Below, piece by piece: positions 1 through 13,000 of a DNA stretch of 64,000 nt (the stretch's first letter is position 1; each line of letters begins with the position of its first letter). The translations under genes and the position numbers were made by a program. The DNA is from Cenococcum geophilum (Eukaryota). The notes under the pieces are model-generated. The model had not been told where the DNA came from, searched no databases, and was given only the letters and a program-made list of their open reading frames with translations. Where the stretch lies: NCBI GenBank assembly GCA_050273025.1, contig CP158635.1:15190001-15254000 (forward strand), in the 5' to 3' direction.

Positions 1-3000
1 CTAATAGTAGGATATTAAAAGACATCTCAATTTATCTTCCTTTAATAGTTATCTAAATAGGTCCTATTTTAAGGTTAATAATCCCTCCTCTATAGGTTAT
101 TAGATCTCCTAAAATTGTAACTAATAGGTAAAATTGCTCCTTTTGTCTATAAGGTAGTCCTATTCTCTTAACTACTGCTAGTAAAATATAGTTTTGCGTT
201 ACTCTACTATCTATTAGCGCTTTAAACTGCTGATTTTACCAATTAATTCATAAATTTAGGTGTTGTCCTTAAATTCCTTTAAGGGTTTAAGGCTCTACCA
301 CTAGCTCCCTTTAGTCCTGTGGGCCTTTACTTTTCTTAACTATTAGCTACTTAATCCTAGTACACTTAGCTCGCTCTTTAGCTAATACCTAGTTCGCTTT
401 TTATCTTTAATATACTATAGACATATATTTTTTAAGCATTCCCACCACTATTGTCCGTCTAAGTATTCTTCCATAAGAAATCTTCCTAGTTAAAGTACTA
501 AACTTCCTTCCTCTTGGATTTCTATTAGATGCCATCTATATATATATTTAGCATTCCTATACTATTACTCGTCTATTATCTAGTATATCCTTATAGAGTA
601 TTTCCAATTCTTTTCTTTTAGATTCTTATATATTTCGTATATATCATCTATATACGCAATCCATAATATTATATAGTATGCTAGGTGCTTTAGGTTAACT
701 CTTGGCTTGTCTTTATCCCTAAGTTTAAACCTTTATTATACTAATCTAAATGTTATAACTTTATTCGTAGGTACTAAGATACGTCTTTTACTTCTCTAGT
801 CCTCTAAACGTTCCTCTAAATCCTTTAACGTTATAATTAAGGCTCCTTTAATATACGTTATAGCCTTCTCTATAATCGGGTAGTTTTAGATAACTTTTTT
901 ATCCAACCACATATAGAAATCTTCCTACTTATCACTATGTCATTGCCTATACTACTTTTAATATAGCTACTAAAGTATATATAGTCTGTTTGTAAGAAAA
1001 TATCTCTTTATTACTATATTGTAACAGCCTTTAGTATATTATTCCTTAAACCTAGTAGGAATCCCTAGATCCTCTTTTTATTCCAGTTTAGTAAGCTACT
1101 TGGCTCTTAGTGTGCCTACTCTTAGCCTATTAATAATTCTTTATACTAGTGCTCTATCCTTTATACATCCTAATATACTAGATCTTTTGTCTAGTTTCTA
1201 TTCTTGCTATAAGGTAATTCTTTACCTAAATTCCTCTATGGTTTCCTTTACGTCGCGTCTTATAAGTAGATCCTTAAAGTCATCTTGCTTCTTAATCTTA
1301 GTATTAACTTTTTAATCTTTAGGCTAAATACTATGCTCCCCTAGTAAGTCCTCTAGGTCTATATATCTGTCTCCCAGTCTAATTGCTATTTATGTTATAG
1401 ATTCTCTGATCTATAGAGAAGCTCCTTACCTCTTATTTATAGGTGTTTTAATTTATACTCCAAATTCTTAACCCCTTAGGTTCTTTAATCCTAAGCTTGC
1501 TTCTAACTTAAGTTTAGCCTCTGCCTTAGTTTAACTAGGCTTAACTAGTGTCCTTATCTTGTCTTAAGAGTCCTAGATCTCACTTATCTTATCTTAAAAA
1601 TCTTATACCATTAGGAATTCTTATCCTAAGCTTATTTATATGTCTTTAAACTAAGCCACTGCTCTGCTCTATCGGTTTCTATCTATTATAGGTCCTTAAG
1701 CTTACCTTATCTTATCTTAAGAATCTTAGTTATCTTTTATCTTATCTTAAGAATCTTAAGCCTTTAGCCTTTTGCCTTTATTAAGTGCCGAAGTAGTTTA
1801 CTATCCTACTTCTCTTACGTCTCGCAAAGCGATAGACATTATATCTAGTGGGGTTTTAATCCCTACTAATGTTCCTTATTCTATAATAGAATTATCCTCT
1901 ACCTCTGGTATAACATTTTTAAGGTCTACTTACTTCTAGTAAGCGGCCCTTGTTACCTTATCGTCACAGAATGTTTTACCTAGGTTAAATTTATTATCCT
2001 TAATATCTAATCTGCGAACTGGTTTATTAGTTCCTCTATATCCTATAGGTGCTAGCTCTTATAGCTAATAGCTTACGCCATACTTAGCGTCCTTATAAAT
2101 TTAGTATACGTTATTATAACAAAACGCAAAACTTCTAATTAAACATTCTTTTGTTCCTTATAGCATATTATCGTCCCTTTATATATATATATCGTCTGCT
2201 AGTCTCGTGCCTTTTACTATATAGTAACTCTACCTACTTCTATAGTCTCTAATATAATAACCCTATTTTCCGCAATTTATATAAGCTCCTTCTTTAAACT
2301 ATTTCTCTTGCTATAGAGTCCGCCTAAATATCTTCTGCTATTAAGATTTCTGATTTAGCCTCTGCTTCTTAGACCTTTAATTACTTAATCCTTATCCTCT
2401 AGGTTTCTATAGTTTGCTCCATCTCTTATAGGCTTCTTTAGTACCACTTAGGTCCATTAGCTCTACACCATACCATAATTTCTAACTTAGCTTTTGTTAT
2501 TGCGTACTTTGCGCCTTATATAACTGTAGAACTCTATCCTAGCCTTTCTTAGCCTGTTCCCTTTAGTAGATCTAATTGTTAATCTTAATCGCCTAATCTA
2601 TTAGTTCCCTTAGGGTTTCCATATCTTCTATTAGGATAATCACATCCTAGACTTTAGCCTTAAGTCCCTATTTATACTATGCCATAAGCGCCCTATTATT
2701 CCACTCTACTTATATTACTAGTATCTAAAACTATATTATATACTTAATTACTAAAGTTTATTATATAAGGTTCTGGAGTTTTCTTTCCGCTATAGTTTTT
2801 TCTTCTAGGTTTCTAAATATCTGCGTAAGTCGTTCTATAAATCCTTCCTAACTTAAGAACATAAATCGCACGTCTTAGTTAGTGGTCGTCATTCCATTTG
2901 CCTATATCTCCGTAAGGTAAAATTTAAACTACTTAAGTGCTTTTCCTAACAAGAATAGTCCTGCGTAGGCTATCCAATCCATAAGTATAGGTAACTTTAC

Positions 3001-3754
3001 TCCCTCCTATAAGACCTTAAAGTATATTTATATAAGGAATCCTTTAAGCTTTAACCTCTCTCCTATAAATCTCTTAATTAATAGTAGCTTAATCTTTACT
3101 GCTCCTATTCCGTTAAGTCTTTCTTCTAATACTGTATTATTAGCTATTAGCTAGTTAACTATTTCCTATAGCTGTCCGACCGTCACAGGTTGCTATAAGT
3201 TAGTATCCGCTATACTAGTGTTACCTCCTGTCCTTAAAGTAGTTGCTGCCGTCGATGGCGTCGTAGTGGCTGCTTTTAGTGGCATGTTGTTTAACTTCTT
3301 ATATTAATACCGTAACTAGGTAGTAATTATATAACGGAACCTTATAGTAAGAACTACGATAGGTTTGTTAATAGGCTAGGTGTATAGGAAATATAAGTAT
3401 AAAAGTCAACAACATAATAATAACTAGTGGAGTGGTTGCCTAATAGATTAACTCTAATTATATTCTAAGAATTACTATAAGGAAGGAACTATCTAGGTAG
3501 GGACTAAGGGTCCTTAAATACACAACCGTACTCCTAAGAAAGTTGTTGCTCTATCTGCTCTGCTCGCTCTACTCGCTCTATAACAGATCTTATAGATTAT
3601 ATAGATCATACAGATCACGTCACGTGACTCTGCTTACCATTCCTCGTCACATGGTTCTATTGGCTCCATTCTGGACCGTGCCTAAATCAACCAACTAGCT
3701 TCTTCCGACTCTTCTCCAAGTAGTCGTAACATCGTACTTAAAGCGTCCGTAATA
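1..3754 (-). mobile_element. Ty3/Gypsy LTR retrotransposon, RIP-degraded; 5' LTR, gag and protease region (continues beyond the left window edge)
   Basis: Colinear with 59890-63644 (offset 59889), differing mostly by C>T/G>A changes. Minus-strand gag start ATG CCA CTA AAA GCA at 3285. Protease-like KALIDS motif near 200-225. Confidence 0.9.
3330..3754 (-). repeat. 5' LTR (~425 bp) of the Gypsy element
   Basis: Matches LTRs 55692-56117 and 63219-63644; termini TATAAC...GTAATA are RIP forms of TGTAAC...GTAACA. Confidence 0.9.
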
Positions 3755-4899
3755 TCCGTAAAGGGTAGGTATTAGGAGTGGATTATATAATACTATTCCT
3801 ACTAGGTAAGACGTTATTAGGGGGTTATTATTAGCTTCTGGTTCTAGTTTATAACATTATATAAACGCCTCTAAACCCTATACTATTAGGGCTGTCTAAA
3901 AGCTAAGTTACCTATTTACCTTATCTTAACTCTAGGCCAGGCTCATTAGCTATTAATTTATTAAGGCAATAGGAAGTTACGTTAAGGCGTGTAATAGGGC
4001 TTAAGTAAAGCCATGTAACTAGATAGGCATTGCTATATAAAGTAACGCTTAACTAGTTGCCTTTATATCGCCGTCTTAGAATAATTAGAAGAAAGGGGTT
4101 AATATTAGCCCTTACCGTTTAATATAACCCTTTTTATAGAGGTATAGCAAAGTAGGGTATAGATAGGGAAGGATTATACTCCTATTATGGCTGTATTATA
4201 GTATATTTATAATACTATACTAGTATCCCTAAGATAGTAAATTAGCTCGACTATTAAGGCATAGTTAAAGCGGAGCCTACTATTAGCTCTCCTATTAGCT
4301 AAGTAGTAGAGAGGAGTAGGATATAAAAGGCCTTTATATCCTTTAACCAGACCTATATTAAGTACAATATCCTTTAAGGAAAGCCCTCCTTACTTTTTTA
4401 TAAAGATACTCCGTAACCTTACTAGTACTAGCTACTCTAAAATACTTCTAGTTTTAGCCCTAAGAGTTTAAATAAGTCTTAGTTTTAAGTCCTTAAGTTA
4501 AGTAAATAGTCCTTATAGTAGGAGTAATGCCTTTTTATTAACTAGCTGGTTATCTTAGCTATAGTTATAATCTCTACAGCTATATACTGCTAGGGTAAGT
4601 AGCAGTAACTTATACCTTACTTAGCCGCTTCTTATCCCCCTTCTCTTTATTACCTATACTAAAAGTCTATTACCGCTTCTAGCCCTTCTACCGTGCTATA
4701 TTAGGTATAGTATCTTCTATAGTAGTAGAGACTTCTTAAGCAAATTTAACGTGCTTTTTAGTAGGGCGCTCTTTCTCCTCCTTATCTTCCCTAGATATTT
4801 TCCTCTGTTTCCTCTTATATAGTATAGCCGGAGGGCTTTTAGCGGATAGCGGTAGTATTAGGAGCTAGTTTACTTAGTATAGCCTCTACAGCCTTTAGG

Positions 4900-6560
4900 G
4901 CTAGTCTAGTACTACTACTAGTTTCCCTAAACCAACTCTAGCGTTAATATTATTACCGTTTTTACCTTTATTGTTATTATTATTATCGCTACTATTATTA
5001 AAGGTAGCCCCCTTAAACTTTTCCTATCCGCCCTACGGACTATTCGCTTACGCTTATAGTCCTATACAGCTTAACGGAACACTAAGCTTAACGGAACGTG
5101 TACCTAAGATTAAGCCTTACCTATTTCCTTATATAATTGAATCACCACAACTATGCCTATAGAATCCGAAATTATTAGGATACTCGTGTAAGATGCACTT
5201 CGTAAGTTATTACGCATAAAAACACCCAATATTTAACCGGCAGCCTACCTATATAATGCGCCGTTTAAACGTGTCTATAACCGCGTTAACGGTATTAAGA
5301 GTAAGATGTAGAGGCCTGGTAGTAATAAGATGCTTAATTAACACTAGGAGGCCATACTCCTATCCTATATTGATTAAATAGACCACCTTAGAGTCGGCGC
5401 GCTATTCCACTAAGTCCATAATTACGCGCAGCGTATCCTTAAGCTCCATACGCCTAACGATACTAAACCACCTACTCTTAGACGCGACTAGACTAAGAGA
5501 TTCCTTAAACAAAACACAACTATATTTAAATCCTTATCTATCCTATTAGGATAGGCAAAGACTAGCCTTATTCCATGCAATCCTAAGGTTATACTAACTA
5601 GATTGCGACGTTAAATAGCTATAGTGCGTCTATCTACGCCACTACCGATAATACTATAACTACCGCGGCTATAACCTGCAGTACTATAAACCTAATACAC
5701 CGCGCAGCTTGCAGATAACGATAAACTGGGTTTACAGCTTTATTATTAAGCAGCCTAATAGGGTAAGGAATCCTTTATTAATACTTTATAAAAGCGCTAG
5801 GAAGAATACCATGCTTTACTTATTAGTAGAGGAGGACCTATATTTAATATAGGTAGCGGTACGCGCCCACGTAAAGCGTTAAAGGACTAATTAACGGGTT
5901 ATTTAAAAGGGAGGCTTAATATCTACAGTAGATGGATGGCTTAAAGTATTATAATAAGTTCAAAAGGAAGCAGAGAAGGTAGGTAGGGTGGCTGCATATA
6001 CGGTGAAGAAGTAGGTAAAAAAGGACGCTACACAACGTGCAGAGGCCTTAGACTCGCAATATTTGGCAGGATTATAGCTAGGCTATTGCTTAAGGTGCTC
6101 CACCAAGGATTTCTGTATATATGTAGCCTACGTAGAAATCTACGGCTTTAAAATCATGTGGTGGGGCTCGTGTTCCGTTAAGCTCGGTGTTCCGTTAAGC
6201 TGCGTAGGACTATAAGCGTAAGCGAATAGTCCGTGGGGCGGATACGCCTTTAATTCGGCCTTACGCTTCTCTTTAACCTTTAGTGGCGTATACCCTATAG
6301 GCTATTTATTAGCGGCGCTATAATATATAATACTTCTATATATCTGTTTGGTAATAACCATATTAAGGTGCTATTTAAGTGCGGTAGCGAATTAGTTATT
6401 ATAGGCCTTTTAGGATACCGGTGTACCCATATAAGGAATAAGGTAGGCACTTTAAGTAGTAATAATATTAAGGCAGTCCTGCAGGTTCGCGCTACTATTA
6501 GTTTAATAAGCCGTAATGCAAAACTAAATTAAAAGGATATAGGCTTATGATAAGCAGATC
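4900..6560 (-). pseudogene. RIP-degraded gene of unknown function with an acidic tract, interrupted by the pogo element
   Basis: The minus-strand frame reads across the pogo insertion site (…GYTPLKVKEKRKAELKA*EKFKGATFNNSSDNNNN…, where N is probably RIP-mutated D). No family recognised. Confidence 0.3.
5027..6242 (+). mobile_element. Internally deleted pogo/Fot1-like (Tc1/mariner) DNA transposon
   Basis: ~71-bp TIRs (TCCGCCC…AGCTTAACGGAAC, 5027-5097 and 6172-6242) flanked by TA. The frame from ATG 5153 gives psq/CENP-B HTH-like sequence (YNAPFKRVYNRVNG…KRFLK) joined directly to a C-terminal 'LIPCNPKVIL' motif, so the DDE core is missing. Confidence 0.85.
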
Positions 6561-7507
6561 TTAGCTAGCTATAGTAGTAGGTCGGCTATTTAGCCGCGAT
6601 ATTATAGCTAGTGATGGCTATATATAGGGACGTTATAAATTGGGCTGTTTTAGGTAGAGGTTAGAAAGGTAAGGAGGTAAGGCTTTAAATAACCTATAAG
6701 TTAGCACGGGCACGGTAAAGAGGCGTTATTACGTAATTTAATATATAGGGCATAATAAGGGGGTGGTATAAACCCTAGGCCTAATTATAGTTAGAAGCAA
6801 TAGAATATAGGGCAGCGGTATTATCGTTAAGAAAAATAGGAATTTAATTGCTATAAGTACTGGATATAGTATATATACTAGTGCTACCAGTCTCTTTCTT
6901 ATATAACTATAATATGCTAGCTAGGCAGCCTTCTAAATAATGCTTACTTATACCTTTCTATTTTTAAGGCTATACTCTAACCGTTATCTCTTCGCCTATA
7001 GAGATTTAGGTAGTAGTAGGCCTTAAGCTAGGTATTAGAGAACCTTATTAATATTAGGGCGCTATATATAGTTATTCGCTACCTACTAGTATCTTACTAT
7101 CTTAATAAAGAAACTACTAACTGTAAGTTTAGATTAGCCCGTCTACTACTAGAAGCTATTAAAGCTCTATAACGTAGGATATTTATAATATATATAGCCT
7201 CTAGTCGGCGACGTATACATACTTTTATAATCCCTAGCTATTTTATTAATAGTATTCTAATAACTCTTCCGGAAGGAAGGGCGTAGCTTTTTATTATTCT
7301 TACTATCGCGCTATAGGTTAATAGAGAACTTCTATAAGTAGTAGTTATATATTAGCTCGAATAAGATAATACCTATAGAGTAAATATTAATAGAGTGGTT
7401 ATAGTCCTTTAGCTTAAGCTTAGGAGCGAAATAGCTAATTATACTAACTGTGCCTAGCTTAGGCCGTAATAACCTACTTACCTAAATATACCTAGATATG
7501 GTAATAT

Positions 7508-7757
7508 TGTAAGGCAGTATTGCCAGGGTGTACGGTAGGGAGCAGGCAAGCCGAGCATGAGTCACATAGGGAGTCGATGGAAGAGGACGATATGGTAATG
7601 AGGGTAGGCAATAGCCTCGTACTGAGACGAACCGATGGGGGAGGAAGGAGGCTGCAAGCCCGAGGAGCTTATAAGGGGTGGCCAAGGCCTAGCCGAAGGC
7701 TAGCCTTGGCAGCCCCTAAGAGCTCCCGCCGAGTAAGGGACCAAAAGTACCCTTACA
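7508..7757. mobile_element. Solo LTR (250 bp)
   Basis: TGTAAGG…CCTTACA termini with AATAT 5-bp TSD on both sides. GC-rich and little RIP. Inserted in the kinase coding frame. Confidence 0.9.
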
Positions 7758-8340
7758 AATATCTAGTAAAATAGAATAGAGCGGCTTGCTAATAAGGCCA
7801 ATATTAGTCGGCTTTAGGTTATAGTGCAGCTAGCGTCCGTTATATATAACTTTAATACCTAGTAGTACAGCACGGAATGTAGTCGCCACCTCTATTATTA
7901 TATCCTTATACCCTCTATTAAGCTTATATATTAGCTATATTCTCTTAAACTATAATTTTAAGAATATAAGAGGCTTACCCCTTACTTTAAGTCCCTACTA
8001 AGTTACTAAAGGTCTGGGGCGTTATTAGCTTTAGGATAATAGCAATATTATTAAAGGCCGTCTTAAAGGAGAACTTCTTACTATTAGAGTAGATTACCTC
8101 TACTATACGCAGAATTTACTTACTATCGTCTAACTTTTGTGCGAGATTAGTTACTTCCTAAAGTGTTTTAATCTCTTTATCCACACTATAACAATTTTAG
8201 GAAGTCTGCTCTACTACTTTAATAGTAGCTATATTGGTTAACTAATTTAAGGTAAAAAATACTCTTCCGTAACTGCCTATATTTAAAGTATCTTCTAGTA
8301 TCCACCTACCTATTATTCTCTTATTAGGGAGTAGGGTTAA

Positions 8341-9979
8341 TGTAACCGACTACCGGACCTTGCATATTACCCTGTTTCACCTGCGTCAGCACTACCCTCG
8401 TATGTCTCAGATACGTTGGAAATGAGTCATGGGCTTCGGAGTTCGGGGTCTACTTTCATGTATTTATACCACTTAATTTCCATAGATTTACAATTAAGTT
8501 GCTCGTTCAATTCCACACACTGCAAAGCTTACAGTTATGAGCCCGGCCTGCCTACCGTACTGCATCTAATCTGTACGTTCAGCGCTTACTAAGCAATCAA
8601 TTGCTACCTCGTTTAAGAAGTCACTACTTCTTCTACCTTTGCAAGTGTTTCGAGCTTCTTCCGGGTACCGCTCTTATACTCATAATTACCTTTATTTACC
8701 AAACAGACGATCGAATATCGAACCATCGAATATCGAACATCGATCAAACCGAACCTAACCGTACGAACCCGACCGTACGAACCCCAACCTCCTTTAACCC
8801 AGATACACAACCATTCAATAGAGTCAACCTATCCACCACAGCGTAACAACCTCATATAGCGTCCAAGTGAGAGCCTAGCCAGCGCGATAGCCCGAGCACA
8901 GAGCCAGAGCAAGATGCCAGAGCACAGAGCCAGAGCGAGATGCCAGAGCACGGAGCCAGAGCAGAAGCTAGCTTGGATATACTAATGGTGAGAGACAAGG
9001 ATATTAGGAAGACAAGGAAGGCACCAGACCGACAGCAGCCAGTAGAGAACCGTCGCCAAAACCAGACAACCGTTCGAACGACCAGCTAGCGAACACCAGA
9101 TCAATTCGACTGGATCGAATATCGAATTAAACCAAACCAGAGCCTCGATATAGGCCTGTCGCCAAATCAAATCAAGGTCTCCTAGGGAGGCACCAATACT
9201 ACACCGGAACAATTAATTTTGATTCCGTTACAACCAGTCGCAGCTATCACGCTATAGACGCCCTTCCAAAACACCAGCCTCATCGGCACCAGCCTCATCG
9301 GCACCAGTTGCGACGACCGCAACGTCACTAAATACGACGTCTTAACGTCACCAGAGTCACCAAGTGACTACCTCAAGATCTACCTCGATTACAGATCAAA
9401 TGACTACCTCAAGTTCTACCGCGACTACAGCTTAGGTAACTACCTCGAATACAGCTCAAATAACTACCTCGAACACAGATCAAACATCTACCTCAACTAT
9501 GGATCAAAAAGATCTACCGCGAGCACAGATTAATTGACTGCCTCGAATGCAGATCAAATCAGTACACCTCTTTGAATACAGTCTCCTAAGAGGCTAGAGA
9601 GGACATATCTTTAAACCTAGTCTCCTAAAAGGCTGGACACCTTTTCGAATATAGTCTCCTAAGAGGCTATAGAGGACATCTCTTTAAATACAGCTCTATG
9701 TCCAGAGATATAAAGCTAGGGAGTATAGTTCCTGCCTTCATTTTTCTTTCTACAGCTTTAACTACACCGTCAAATCTAGGGGGGTGTGTAACCGACTACC
9801 GGACCTTGCATATTACCCTGTTTCACCTACGTCAGCACTACCCTCGTATATCTCGGATACGTTGGAAATGAGTCATAGGCTTCGGAGTTCGGGGTCTACT
9901 TTCATGTATTTATACCACTTGATTTCCATAGATTTACAATTAAGTTGCTCGTTCAATTCCACACACTGCAAAGCTTACA
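8341..9979 (+). mobile_element. Non-autonomous LTR retroelement (TRIM-like, 1639 bp), probably Copia-related
   Basis: 193-bp LTRs at 8341-8533 and 9787-9979 (TG…CA) with GTTAA TSD. GTTATGAGCCC follows the 5' LTR (Copia-type half-tRNAiMet PBS). PPT AGGGGGG precedes the 3' LTR. The internal region is non-coding with short tandem repeats. Confidence 0.9.
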
Positions 9980-10023
9980 GTTAATATCTTAATATTAATA
10001 TTAGCAGCTGCTAGCCCGCTAAG

Positions 10024-13000
10024 TATTATGGACCTTACATCGGCAGTAGTAGAGCTATTAAGGAGAGATATAAACGGACTAGTGGTGGAAGTACGGGAGG
10101 TACTAGAACTAGTCGCACTATAGGATAAGGGGTAGCCAAGTTACGTGGTAAATTACATTATAAGTTTGGAACGTAGAAACGTACCAACGTACTTAGTATA
10201 TTTCTTAGGCGTAGTATTATATATTTAAAGGATTACAGTCCCTACCTAGATAGTTTTCTTTTTTGTAGTGAATTTTAGAATATAATTAGAGTTAATCTAT
10301 TAGGCAACTACTCTACTAGTTATTATTTATTGTTAACTTCTTATTTACCTATATACCTAGCCTATTAATAAGTCTACCGTAGTTCCTGCTATAAGGCTTT
10401 GTTATATATTTACTACTATAATTATAGTATTAATAAAGTCGAATAATATACTATTAAAAGCACTAGCTACGACGCCGTTAATAGTAGCAACTACTTTAAG
10501 ATTAGGTAATAATACTAGTATAGTAAATACTAACTTATAACTAGTTACGGTTAAACAGTTATAGGAAATAGTTAATTAATTAATAGATAATAATAGGATA
10601 CTTAAAGAAAGAATTAATAGAATTAGAGCAGCTAAGGTTAAGTTACTATTAATTTAGCGATTTTTAGGGAAGAAGTTAAAACTTAAAGGATTTCTTATAT
10701 AAATATACTTTAAGGTTACACAGGAAGGAATAAGGCTAGCAATATCTGTAGACTAAGTAGCCTATATAGGATTGTTCCTAATAGGAAGGGCACTTAAGTA
10801 GTTTAAACCCTATTTTATAGAGATATAGGAATATAGCATAACAACTACTAATTAGGAAGTCTAATATATATTTACTACTTAGAGCGGGTTCGCGGAATAA
10901 TTAATATAAATATTTAAAGACCTTGAAGTAACTACTATAGTAAAACAAAAGCTTTAAAACCTAGTATAATAAACCTTAGTAATTAAGTATATAATATAGT
11001 TTTAAATATTAGCTATATAGGTTGAATAGAATAATAAGGCGCTTATAGTATAGTATAAATAAAAACTTAAAGCAAAAGTCTAAGACGTAATTATTCTAAT
11101 AGAAGATGCGAAAACCCTATAAAATCTAATTAATTAAGCGATTAAAATTAATAATAAAATCTATTGGGGGGAATAGACTGGGGGGGGGTTAAAATAGAGT
11201 TCCATAGTTATATAAGGCGCAAAGTACGCAATAATAAAGTTAAAGTTAGAAACTATAGTATAGCGTAGAGCTAATAGACCTAAGTAGTACTAAAAAATCT
11301 AGGAAGTGGAATAAGAGACTATAGAAACCTAGAGGTTAGGGATTAAGTAATTATAGGACTAAGGAGCAGAGGTTGAACTAGGGATCTTAGTAGTAGAAGA
11401 CGTTTAGGCGGACTTAATAGCAAGAAAAATAGTTTAAAGAAGAAGCTTATATAAATTACGGAAAATAGGATTATTTTACTAGAAACTGTAAAGATAGTTA
11501 ACATAACTATATAGTAAAGGGAATTAGACTAGTAGAAGATATATATATATATAGAGGGATAATAGTATACTATAAGGAATAAAAGAATATTTAATTAAGA
11601 GTTTCGCGTTTTATTATAATAACGTATACCAAATTTATAAGGACGCTAAGTATAGTATAAGCTATTAGCCATAAACGATAAATTATTAAAGTTTAGAGAA
11701 ACCAATAAACTATCTCGTAGATCGGATATTAAGGACGATAAATTTAATATAGGTAAAATATTTAACAATAATAAGGCAATAAAGGCAGCTTACTAGGAGC
11801 GTATAGACCTTAGAATAGTTATAATAGAGGTAAAAACTAAAACCTTTATAAAATAAGGGTTAGTAATGGAAATTATAACACTATTAAATATAGTATCTAT
11901 TACTTTATAAGATAAAAGGAGAAATGTTTAATAAAAAGGATTAAGTAAGCAGATAACTACTAGTGCTAGCTTACTACTTAATAAAGGTAGAAAGCTATAT
12001 GCTTAAGATTTTTATAAAGAGATAAGAGATAATTAAGATTTCTAAGACGGGATAAGATAAGCTTAAGGACCTATAATAGACAAAAACCGATAGAGTAGAG
12101 TAACGGCTTAGTTTAGTAATATACAAATAAGCTTAGGATGAAGTTTCCTAAAGGTATAAGATTCTTAAGATAAGATAAGTAAGATTTAAGACTTTTAGGA
12201 CGAGATAAGAATACTATAAAAGCCTAGTTAGACTAAGGCTAGAGTAAGGCTTAAGAAAGAAGCAAGCTTAGGATTAAGAATTCTATAGAACTAAGATTTT
12301 AACATATAAATAAGGACCATTAAGAAAATCGACATTAAAATTAAGAAGTAAGAAGACTTTAAGGATCTATTTATAAGGCGAAAAATAAAAAAAACTATAA
12401 AGGAATTTAGATAGAATTCTTATATAGTAAGAACAGAAACTAGACTAAAAATTTAGTATACTAGGTTGTATAAGGGATAGAGTACCTATATAAAGAATAA
12501 CTAATAGGCCTAAGACAGGCACACTAAGAGTAAAATAGCTTACTAAACTAGAATAAGAGGAGGGTCTAGAAATCCCTATTAGATTTAAAGAATAATATAT
12601 AAAGAGCTATTATAATATAGTAATAAGAAGATACTTCCTTACGGACAAGTCGTATATACTCTAATAGCTATATTAAAAGTAGTATAGGCAGCGATATAAT
12701 AATAAGTGAGAAGATTTTTATATATAGTTAGATAAGCGAGTTATCTAAGACTACCCAATTATAGAAAAGGCTATAAGTTATATTAAAGGAGCCTTAATTA
12801 TAATATTAAAGGATCTAAAGGAACAATTAGAGGACTAAAGAAGCGAAAGGTAAATCTTAGTACCTATAAATAAGGTTATAACGTTTAGGTTAATGTAATA
12901 AAGGTTTAAACTTAAGGATAAAGATAAGTTAAGAGTTAACCTAAAGCACCTGGCATATTATACGTTAGTATAGATTATATATATAGACAATATATATAAA

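Larger units (their letters stand above)
6970..10023 (-). pseudogene. RIP-inactivated Ser/Thr protein kinase gene with introns, disrupted by a solo LTR, a short LTR element and a Gypsy element
   Basis: Minus-strand translation gives WILEDTLNIGSYGRV (Gly loop), IATIKVVE (VAIK), LHYNLKPTNIG (HxDLKPxN), GTVSIISYFAPKL (GTxGYxAPE), INIYSIG (DIWSxG) and RPNINKVL*YLA* (subdomain XI). Confidence 0.85.

Noticed and set aside
7482..9984. Short ORFs at 7482-7774, 8601-9212 and 9784-9984
   Set aside because: They lie within a solo LTR or the TRIM and show no protein motifs.
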